Origin: Coriobacteriia bacterium
Lineage (GTDB): Bacteria > Actinomycetota > Coriobacteriia > Anaerosomatales > SLCP01
Assembly (NCBI GenBank): GCA_030603745.1
Contig: JAUVXE010000007.1
Span: 43,392 to 107,391, forward strand
DNA: 64,000 nucleotides
Direction: 5' to 3'
Shown: positions 35,514-43,600 of the stretch, piece by piece
How positions within the stretch are numbered: the stretch's first letter is position 1
Layout: every line of letters starts with the position of its first letter
Translations under genes and position numbers: made by a program
Notes under the pieces: model-generated
The model's database searches: none
What the model saw: only the letters and a program-made list of their open reading frames with translations
Told to the model about the DNA's origin: nothing

Positions 35514-36395
35514 CTACTCCGCGTCGGGGATGAAGAGGGGCTCGCCGTACGTGTCGACCCCGAAGCTTTCGATGATCGCCTGGCCGGCGGGCGAGACGAT
35601 CCAGTCGGCGAAGGCCTGCGCGCCCTCGAGGTTGCCCGCGTCGGTCACGACGATCACGCCGTACGGGTTGAAGAGCGCCTCATCGCCCTCGACCGCGACC
35701 GTGAGGTCGAGGCGGTCCCGCATCGCCAGGTACGTGCCGCGGTCCGCCAGCGTGTACGCCCCGATCTCGGACGCCATGGTGAGCGCCTCGCCCATGCCCT
35801 GCCCGATCGAGAGGTACCACTCCCCGGCAGGCTCGATGCCCGCGAGCGACCAGAGCGAGCGCTCCGTGGTGTGGGTGCCGGAATCGTCGCCACGCGAGAC
35901 GAACACGTGCGCACCGCCGGCGATCGCGGTCAGGGCCGCCGCCGCGTCACTCGTGCCGGCGATGCCGGCGGGGTCCGCCTCGGGGCCGACGATCACGAAG
36001 TCGTTGTACATGACGTCGCGGCGCTCGACGCCATAGCCCTCGGCGACGAACTCCTCCTCCTGCGACCTGGCGTGCACGAGCAGGACGTCGGCATCACCTG
36101 CTCGGCCGATCTCGAGCGCCTGGCCGGTCCCGACCGCGACCACGCTCAGGCGGTACCGCGGATAGGCGTCCTCGAAGGCCGGGACCAGCTCGGTGAACAG
36201 GCCCGAGTCCTCGGTCGAGGTGGTCGAGGCGATGATCACGTTCGTGACCTCGACCTCTTCGACGGGTTCGGGTGCGGACGGCTCCTCGGCGACCTCTTCG
36301 GCGCCGCACGCGGCGAGACCGGATACGAGTACGAGCGAGAGGAGCAGTGCGAGTGCCTGCCGCTTGAGCGCGGGCGAAGGACGAAGCTCGAGCAT
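35514..36395 (-). CDS. tupA: Tungstate-binding lipoprotein TupA-like
   Basis: ATG 36395 follows an AAAGGAGA RBS. A lipobox is present (LVLVSGLAACG). TupA-type motifs: ASTTSTEDSGL, VGTGQALEIGRAGDADVLLVHA, SRGDDSGTHTTE, FNPYGV. Confidence 0.8.
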   Translation of the reverse strand: MLELRPSPALKRQALALLLSLVLVSGLAACGAEEVAEEPSAPEPVEEVEVTNVIIASTTSTEDSGLFTELVPAFEDAYPRYRLSVVAVGTGQALEIGRAGDADVLLVHARSQEEEFVAEGYGVERRDVMYNDFVIVGPEADPAGIAGTSDAAAALTAIAGGAHVFVSRGDDSGTHTTERSLWSLAGIEPAGEWYLSIGQGMGEALTMASEIGAYTLADRGTYLAMRDRLDLTVAVEGDEALFNPYGVIVVTDAGNLEGAQAFADWIVSPAGQAIIESFGVDTYGEPLFIPDAE

Positions 36396-36402
36396 GTATG
36401 GG

Positions 36403-36510
36403 TCTCCTTTCCACCGGGAGGCGAGGAGGTTTCCCTTCCCCACCCTATCGGTCCGGGACCCGTGGCCCGCTCGGCTGGGCTGTAGGGCATCCGGACTCGG
36501 AGATATGTGG
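36403..36510 (-). promoter_or_regulatory. Moco/Tuco-type riboswitch aptamer candidate in the tupA leader (RBS-sequestering)
   Basis: The mRNA reads CUCCGAGUCCGGAUGCCCUAC...CCGAUAGGGUGGGGAAGGGAAACCUCCUCGCCUCCCGGUGGAAAGGAGA-cccauac-AUG. The 3' strand of the closing helix (GGAGA) is the tupA Shine-Dalgarno. The ordered blocks match those at 18421..18530. Confidence 0.6.
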
Positions 36511-36532
36511 CCGCTGAAGCGACCGCACGAAG

Positions 36533-36562
36533 ACGATACCGCATCCGTCCGCGACGCGACAA
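36533..36562 (-). promoter_or_regulatory. Possible promoter for the tupABC leader
   Basis: The minus strand reads TTGTCG-18 nt-TATCGT, about 25 nt upstream of the aptamer. The match to consensus is only moderate. Confidence 0.3.
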
Positions 36563-36596
36563 CTCTCCCGACCGGAGGAGCGCGTTCGCGGGTACC

Positions 36597-37490
36597 CTAC
36601 CGCTCCACCGCGGAACGCAGGTGGCCGAGGAACGCCTCGGCGGCGCGGGTGAGCGTCGTGCGCGGGGTGACGATGTAGAGCGGGCGCGAGACGGGAAAGC
36701 CCTTGGCCCTGACGGTGGCCACGGTGCCGAGCTCGAGCGCCTTCTCGGCGACCCATGAGCTCACCATGCCGAGCCCGAGTCCTCCCTCGACCGCGCTCAC
36801 GATCGCCTCGCCGGTGCCGAGCTCGGTGACCACGTGGAGCTCGGCCACGTCCACACCCGCCGAGCGGAGGGCCCCCTCGGCGATCTGGCGCGTGCCCGAG
36901 CCCTCCTCGCGCATGACGAACGGCTCGGCGGTCACCTCCGCGATATCGACCCGCTCCGCAGTGGCGAACCGGTGGTCGGGCGGGCAGATGAGCACGATGT
37001 CGTCGGTGCCCATGGGTTCGAAGTCGGCACGCGCTCCCTTGACGACCGCGCCGGTCACGCCGAGGTCGGCCTCGCCCGCCACTACAGCGTCGACGACCTG
37101 CGCGGTGTCGGCGACCGCGATCGAGACCGCCACCTCGGGGTTGGCGCGCAGGAAGCGCCCGAGCAGGCGCGGCAGCACGTACTGTCCCGGGGTGGTGCTC
37201 GCGGCCAGGGTCAGCCGCCCGGTGACCTGCTCGCTCATGCGCGCGAGGTCCTCACGCGCCTGCTCGAGTTCGCCGAGGACCGCCCGCGCATGCGGCAACA
37301 GGGCGGTGCCCGATTCGGTGAGTTCGATCTTGCGGTATCCGCGGTCGAGCAGCGTCACGCCGAGGTCGGACTCGAGGGCCTGGACCTGCATCGTGACCGC
37401 GGGCTGCGAGATGCCCATCTGCCGGGCGGCCGCGGAGAACGAGCCGTGGTCGACCACCATCACGAACGCTCTGATCTGTGCGAGGTTCAC
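36597..37490 (-). CDS. LysR-family transcriptional regulator
   Basis: GTG 37490 starts VNLAQIRAFVMVVDHGSFSAAARQMGISQPAVTMQVQALESDLGVTLLDR, a LysR wHTH. The remainder resembles a LysR substrate-binding domain. The track ORF start 37613 is an artefactual extension. Confidence 0.85.
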   Translation of the reverse strand: MNLAQIRAFVMVVDHGSFSAAARQMGISQPAVTMQVQALESDLGVTLLDRGYRKIELTESGTALLPHARAVLGELEQAREDLARMSEQVTGRLTLAASTTPGQYVLPRLLGRFLRANPEVAVSIAVADTAQVVDAVVAGEADLGVTGAVVKGARADFEPMGTDDIVLICPPDHRFATAERVDIAEVTAEPFVMREEGSGTRQIAEGALRSAGVDVAELHVVTELGTGEAIVSAVEGGLGLGMVSSWVAEKALELGTVATVRAKGFPVSRPLYIVTPRTTLTRAAEAFLGHLRSAVER

Positions 37491-37603
37491 CGCACGCCTC
37501 CCGTCGGTCCGGCGCCCGCGCGCCCGGTCGAGATGTAATGCTACCTGAACCGGTTCGCCCGTGGGACGTTTAGCGGGCCGATGGTGGTGGTACCATCCCC
37601 GGC

Positions 37604-38059
37604 ATGGATGCATGTGAGAACCATTCTCATTTCGGCGAGGGCCGCGTCACCGCGCGCAGGCGCGCGATCGCACGCGCCGCCGACGCGATGCCCGGGGCGT
37701 TCACGGTGGACGAGCTCTCCTCGGCGGTGCGCGAGAGCGCGCCCGGCACCGGCACCGCGACCGTCTACCGGGCCGTCGCCGCGATGGAGGCCGCGGGCAC
37801 GCTCGAGCGCGTGGGCGCGCGTGACGGGAGCGCGCTCTACGTCCGCTGCCACGCCGACGCCCACCACCACCACCTCGTGTGCACGGGGTGCGGCAGCGTC
37901 GCGCACGCAGAGTGTCCCCTCGGCGAGGAGTCGGTGCGCGCGCTGGCGGGAACCGGATTCACGGTGACCGGCCACGAGATCACGCTCTACGGGCTCTGCC
38001 CCGCATGCGCGACCGAACACCGGACGAACCCCCCGACCCTGGCCACCCGGAAGGACTGA
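37604..38059 (+). CDS. Fur-family metalloregulator
   Basis: 151 aa with a wHTH (TVDELSSAVRESAPGTGTATVYRAVAAMEAAGTLERV). Metal sites: HHHHLVCTGCG and CPAC. It lies directly upstream of cbiMQO. Confidence 0.85.
   Translation: MDACENHSHFGEGRVTARRRAIARAADAMPGAFTVDELSSAVRESAPGTGTATVYRAVAAMEAAGTLERVGARDGSALYVRCHADAHHHHLVCTGCGSVAHAECPLGEESVRALAGTGFTVTGHEITLYGLCPACATEHRTNPPTLATRKD
37615..37629. promoter_or_regulatory. Fur-box-like 7-1-7 palindrome TGAGAACCATTCTCA
   Basis: TGAGAAC-C-ATTCTCA has 6 of 7 complementary arms and resembles the TGATAATnATTATCA architecture. It overlaps codons 4-9 of the fur-family gene. Confidence 0.45.
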
Positions 38060-38067
38060 TCGCTGAC

Positions 38068-38883
38068 ATGTCACACATCCACATCCCCGACGGAGTACTC
38101 CCCTTCTGGCTCTGGGCGGCCGGATGGGCGATCGCGCTCGTGATGGTCGGTGTCGCCGGGCGCGTCGCCGGGCGCTCTGAGGCGCGGCGCAAGGTGCCGC
38201 TCGTGGGGGTCGTGGCGGCGCTCATGATCGTGAGCATGTCCTCGGAGATCGTCCCGATCGCCTACCACGTGAACCTCTCGGTGATCGGTGGCATCCTGCT
38301 CGGGCCCGCGCTCGCGGTGATCGCCGCGTTCATCGTCGAGGCCGTGCTCGCGATGCTCGGGCACGGCGGGGTCACGGTGCTCGGCCTGAACACCATGGTC
38401 ATCGGCGCCGAGATGGTGCTCGGCTGGGCGCTCTTCCACGCGATCCTCAAGGTGATCAAGCCCACCCGCGCCGGGATCGGGGCCGGGATCGCGACGTTCC
38501 TGACGCTCGCGGTCACCACCACGCTCGTGGTGGGCATCGTCTGGATCGGCGGCGGCGGCGAGGCGGCGGAGCGCGAGACCGGCGCGCTCGACCCGTCCAC
38601 GCTGCGCTTCGAGAACCCGTTCGAGGAGGGGCTCTTCGAGTTCGGGCTCTTCGGCGACGGACACGGGGACGAGGACGAGGACGCCGAGGGAGAGCGCTAC
38701 CTGTCCGTGGGCCGCTTCGCCCTCGTGGTCTACACCCTCGGCCCGGTCGGCTGGCTCCTTGAGGCGCTCGTGACCGCCGGTATCATCGGGTACGTCGCGC
38801 GTGTCCGGCCGAGGATGGTCTTCGAGGGCGCGCTCGCCGAGGAGATGGCCCGCATCCCGGGCGACGAGACCGGAGGCCACTGA
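38068..38883 (+). CDS. cbiM: ECF-type Ni/Co transporter substrate-capture component CbiM/NikM-like (extended C-terminus, possible M-N fusion)
   Basis: Uses the internal ATG 38068 of track ORF 37879..38883. The N-terminus is MSHIHIPDGVLPFWLW. The protein is polytopic. An acidic loop (GDGHGDEDEDAEGE) is followed by an extra C-terminal TM. Confidence 0.75.
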   Translation: MSHIHIPDGVLPFWLWAAGWAIALVMVGVAGRVAGRSEARRKVPLVGVVAALMIVSMSSEIVPIAYHVNLSVIGGILLGPALAVIAAFIVEAVLAMLGHGGVTVLGLNTMVIGAEMVLGWALFHAILKVIKPTRAGIGAGIATFLTLAVTTTLVVGIVWIGGGGEAAERETGALDPSTLRFENPFEEGLFEFGLFGDGHGDEDEDAEGERYLSVGRFALVVYTLGPVGWLLEALVTAGIIGYVARVRPRMVFEGALAEEMARIPGDETGGH

Positions 38884-38884
38884 C

Positions 38885-39697
38885 GTGCACATCGGCCGCA
38901 TCGACGAGTCGGCGACGCTCGGGGACTCCTGGCTGCACCAGGTCTCCCCGATCAGCAAACTGCTCGCGTTCGCCCTCGTGCTGGCCGCGGTCGTGCTCTC
39001 GTGGAACGTGCTCGTGATCGCGTCGATCACCCTCGTGCTCACGGCCGTCGCCGTCTCGGCGCGCCTCAAGGGTCGCCTGGCGTTCTCGCTTTCAGCCTAC
39101 CCGGCGCTCTTCGCGCTCATCTTCGCGTTCAGCGCCGCCACGAGCGTGCTCGGTGGCGCGGTGATCGTGCTCAAAGCGGTGACCGCCGCCCTCGGCGCGG
39201 TGATCGTCATCCTCACGACGCCCTACCCGTACGTCTTCGCCCCACTCCAGCGGGTCGTCCCCGGCATCGTCGGTGACGCGCTGCTCATGACCTACCGCTC
39301 GCTCTTCCTGCTGATCGAGAAGTTCGGGAACCTGCTGACCGCGGCCCGCCTCCGCGCCGGACTGCACGCCGGGCACCCCGTCCGCTCCGCCCGCGCGACG
39401 ACCCGAGCCCTCGGCGGGCTGCTCCTCTACTCGTTCGACCTCTCGCAGCGCTCCTACGACATCATGCGGATGCGCGGCTACGAGGGCCGCCTCCGGGTCA
39501 CGTTGCCGAGGAGCGCGGCCCCGCTCATCGACGCCGCGCTCGTGGGAGGGGCCCTCCTGCTCGCCGCGACCTCGCTGCTCTGGCGGGTGGGCTGGCGCGA
39601 CCTGAACCCCTACAGCTGGATCGTGCTCGCGGTGGCGGCCCTCGGTCTTGCGGCCGCCGCGGCCTCCACGTGGCCCGCGAGAGGACGGACGTCATGA
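38885..39697 (+). CDS. cbiQ: ECF transporter transmembrane component CbiQ-like
   Basis: GTG 38885 lies 1 nt after the cbiM stop. The protein is polytopic, with the CbiQ-like motif RLRAGLHAGHPVRSARATTRALGGLLLYSFDLSQRSYDIMRMRGY. Confidence 0.75.
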   Translation: MHIGRIDESATLGDSWLHQVSPISKLLAFALVLAAVVLSWNVLVIASITLVLTAVAVSARLKGRLAFSLSAYPALFALIFAFSAATSVLGGAVIVLKAVTAALGAVIVILTTPYPYVFAPLQRVVPGIVGDALLMTYRSLFLLIEKFGNLLTAARLRAGLHAGHPVRSARATTRALGGLLLYSFDLSQRSYDIMRMRGYEGRLRVTLPRSAAPLIDAALVGGALLLAATSLLWRVGWRDLNPYSWIVLAVAALGLAAAAASTWPARGRTS

Positions 39698-40593
39698 GCA
39701 CGGACCCGATGGACGCGCCGACGGACGCGCCGGCACCGGTCGCCGAGACGGTGGTACACGTCAGCTGCCTGCGCCACTCCTACGAGGACGGCACCACGGT
39801 GCACCTGTGCGGGCTCGACTTCGTGGTCCGCCGCGGGCAGCGGGTCGCGGTGCTCGGCCCGAACGGCTCCGGCAAGACCACGCTCATCTACCACCTCCTC
39901 GGCCTGCTCCGCAGCCGGGAGGGCGAGGTCCGGGTGCTCGGTGTCGACCCGGCGCGCGCGTGGCCGGAGATCCGCGCCCGCATCGGCGTGGTGCTGCAGA
40001 ACGTCGACGAACAGCTCCTCGCGCCCACCGTCGCCGACGACGTCGCGTTCTCGCCCCGCCAGTACGGGATGCCGGAGTCCGAGGTGCTCGCGAGGGTCGA
40101 TGCGGCGCTGGACCTCCTCGGCATCGCCCACCTGAAGGAGCGCGTGCCGCACAACCTCTCCGGCGGCGAGAAGCGCAAGGTCGCACTCGCCGGCGCGCTC
40201 GTGATGGAGCCGGAGCTGCTCGTGCTCGACGAGCCCTTCGAGGGGCTCGACCCCGCCTCTCGCGACGGGCTCGCCGCGCTCCTCGAGCGCCTCGCGACCG
40301 AGCGCGGCACCACGGTCGTGATGTCGACCCACGACATCGACTCGGTGCCGGAGCTCGCCGACTACGCGTACGTGCTCGCGCCCGGCGGCGCGATCGTGCT
40401 CTCCGGCACGCCCGCCGAGGTGTTCGAGAAGGCCGACACGCTCGCCGAGGGCAACATCAAGCCGCCGATCCTCGCCGAGCTGTTCACCGCGCTCGGTCGC
40501 GCCGACGCGGGCGCCCCTCGGCCCGCGCTCTCGATCGACCGCGCCGTGGAGGCGCTGCTCGCCTGGAAACGGCGGTCCACGGGCACCGGCTGA
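39694..40593 (+). CDS. cbiO: ECF transporter ATPase CbiO/EcfA-like
   Basis: ATG 39694 overlaps the cbiQ stop (ATGA). Motifs: Walker A GPNGSGKTT, signature LSGGEKRKVALAGAL, Walker B LLVLDEP. Confidence 0.85.
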   Translation: MSTDPMDAPTDAPAPVAETVVHVSCLRHSYEDGTTVHLCGLDFVVRRGQRVAVLGPNGSGKTTLIYHLLGLLRSREGEVRVLGVDPARAWPEIRARIGVVLQNVDEQLLAPTVADDVAFSPRQYGMPESEVLARVDAALDLLGIAHLKERVPHNLSGGEKRKVALAGALVMEPELLVLDEPFEGLDPASRDGLAALLERLATERGTTVVMSTHDIDSVPELADYAYVLAPGGAIVLSGTPAEVFEKADTLAEGNIKPPILAELFTALGRADAGAPRPALSIDRAVEALLAWKRRSTGTG

Positions 40594-40612
40594 CCGTCAT
40601 CGCCGCACGAAA

Positions 40613-40642
40613 GAGCCCCGGCGGGATCTCCCACCGGGGCTC
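40613..40642. terminator. Bidirectional terminator hairpin between convergent cbiO and adhesin genes
   Basis: A GAGCCCCGG...CCGGGGCUC 9-bp GC stem. It is followed by CUCUCGUCUCU on the plus strand and UUUCGUG on the minus strand. Confidence 0.55.
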
Positions 40643-40687
40643 CTCTCGTCTCTGCCCGCAGAGCGGTGCGGTAGCCGGAATGCGGGC

Positions 40688-43600
40688 CTAGCCGACAGTG
40701 CGTGCGCGACGCCGCAGGGCGAGCCCTGCGATGGTCGCCGCGGCAGCCAGAGCGATGAGGCCGAGCAGGTTCCCTCCGGTGAAGGGCAGGAACGGCTCGT
40801 CGACATCGACGGTCACGCGCCACGTCGCACGGTCGTTATCGGGATTGTCATCGTCCGGGTGGGTCACGACGACCACGTTGTCGAGGATCGTCGTTCCTTC
40901 GGGCATGTCGTCCGCGACCTTGAGCTTGTAGGTGATGACGTGGTCCGTGCCGAAGACGAGCGGCCCGGGGAAGTTCCACGTGATCCGTCCGCCTGCGACG
41001 GTGCCACCGGCCGCATCCACGACGGTCAGGTACCGCTCGTCGAAGTCGTCGACGACCGTGTAGTCGTAGGCGGGGTCTCCGCCGACGTTCCTGACGGTCA
41101 CGGTGTAGGTGATGGTATCGCCGGGATCGGCGGTCGTGCGGTCACCGGACTTCTGCACCGCGAGGTCGGGCGGGAAGCCGAGGAACTCCTCGATGTCGAC
41201 GAACGCCTCGTCGGTATCGGAGACCTCATGGCCCCACTCGTCGGCCCCCGACGCCACCACGACGTTGAGGGTGGGCTCGAACAGCGCGGTCGTGGCCGTG
41301 AAGGTCTGCGACTCGCCCACGTCGAGCATCGCGATGGTCGCGATCACGCCGAGGTGGTCGTCTGAGACCAACACGTCATAGAGGGGCACGTCGCCCGTGT
41401 TCTCGACGACGAACGTGTAGGTCACGTCCTCGCCCTCGAACACGAAGTCGGCGCTGGCGGACTTGGTCACGGAGATGGCCGGGTTCACGACCCTCACGAA
41501 CGCATCGTCGGATGCGGTGAGCGTCTCCTCCCAGCTGATCTCACGAGACTCGTCGATCCAGCCGTAGTACGCCTCGACGGTGCCCACGTTGGGGGTGTCC
41601 ACGTCGATGGTCGTCGTCGCGGTCACGGTCCACTCGCCAAGCGGCGCCAGGAAGTCGCGCGTCCCGAGCGGGCCGAGCTTGTCGTCGACGAGCGACAGGT
41701 CGTAGAGCTCCGTGTCGCCGTCGTTGGTGATGACGAACGTATAGGTCACCATCTCGCCGGGCAGGACCACCTCGGGGTCGACCGTCTTGACGATCGAGAG
41801 CGCCGGGTTCAGGACCACGACCGTCTCATCGTCGCTGTCGTCGACCGGGTTGCCGATCGGGTCGTACCCGACCACGTCGGCGATGTTGGTGGTGGTCTCG
41901 TCGAGCATGGTGGTGTGGTCGAGCAGCTCCCATGCGCCCGGAGCGAGCTCGTCGATCGTGCCGATGAGACCGAGCTTGTCGTCCTCCACGCTGATCGCCG
42001 TCAGCGTCTCCTCGCCCGAGTTGGTGACCAGGTAGTAGTAGGTGACCTCCATGTCGGCGGTGACGCCGGTGAGATCGGCCTGCTTCACGACGCTGATCGC
42101 GGGCTTGAGGATGTCGACGAGATGCGTGTCGAAGGCCGTGACGGTCCCCTGCAGGATGTGCGTCCCGATGACGTCCGCGCGGTTAGGCAGCGGGTCCTCG
42201 TCATCGGCCATCACGGTGTAGGGGACGTCGAAGCTGTAGGTCGCTCCGGCGGCCAGGCTCGGGAGCGTCAGGTCGACGTCCAGGAGCGGGTCGGTGATCT
42301 TGACGTTGGTGAGCGTGTGGTCGCCGGTGTTCTCGACGGTGATCGTATAGGTGATCTCCTCGCCCACGTAGGCGTAGGCGGGACCGGTCTTGTCGATCGA
42401 GATGCCCGGATCGTAGACCGAGACCATCGCGGAGTCGGTGTCGTCGACCTTGGTCTGCAGCACGTCGTAGCCTTCGACGACGGCCGTGTTGGTCATCGTG
42501 GCGGCGGGGAAGTACGCAGGCGCGGTCAGCGTGACGACCTCACCGGGGGTGAGCATGCCGATCATCGAATCGAACTCGATGTCCGGGTCGTCGAGGAAGA
42601 CGCCGGTGAGCGTCTCCTCACCGGAGTTGGTGACCACGAAGGTGTAGACCACCGAGTCACCGAGGAGGATCGAGCCGGGGCTCACCGACTTCGCCAGGCT
42701 GATCGCGGGCTTGAGGATGTCGACGAGGTGCGAGTCGTCATCGGTCAGTGTCCCGTCGAGCAGGTCGGTCGCCATCACGTAAGCTGTGTTGGGCAGCGGA
42801 TCGGGATCGTCCGCCTGCACGGTGTAGGGCACGTCGATGACGTAGGGGACGTTCGGGGCCAGGGTCGGCAGCGTGACGTCCACGCCGAGCTTGGGGTCGG
42901 TGATCTTGACGCTGTAGAGCGTGTAGTTGCCCGTGTTCTCGACGGTGATCGTGTAGGTGATCTCCTCGCCCACGTAGGCGTAGGCGGGACCGGTCTTGTC
43001 GATCGAGATGTTCGAGTCGACGTAGAAGTTGCCGAAGTCGAGCCCGGTGATCGCGCTGCCATGCGCCACCACGATCGGGTTCGTCGGCGCGAGCGTCTGG
43101 TACCAGTCGTCCTGGAGGACCTCCGAGATCTGGTAGGAGCCCGGAAGCACGTTGACGAACGAGAAGCTCCCATCGGCGGCCGTGGTGGTCTGGGCGTAGA
43201 GCGTGCCGCCCTTGTGGAGGCGGATCGTCCAGCCGCCGAGACCCGGCTCGCCGGCGTCCTTGACGCCGTCGGCGTCGAGGTCGTGGAACTTCATGCCCGA
43301 GAGCGCCGAGGAGTAGGTGAACCTGTTGGTCAGGTTCGACTCGAGCGTCTCTGAGAGCATCTCGCTCCTGAGCAAGATGTCCTCTCCGCCGAAGCTCGCG
43401 TACCAGTCCGCCCGGGTGATCGTGGACCCGAAGGGCAGGTCGACCGATCCGGAGTAGGTGTTGTTCGGCCCGGCCGTCAGCGCGACATCGGGCTGTACGA
43501 CGCCTGCCACCCAGAAGCGGGCGAAGAACGTCGCGCCCTGCGGCGCGCCGGCGAACGTGAGCTCGAACGTCTTGGTGACGTCGGGACGGTAGTTGCCGAT

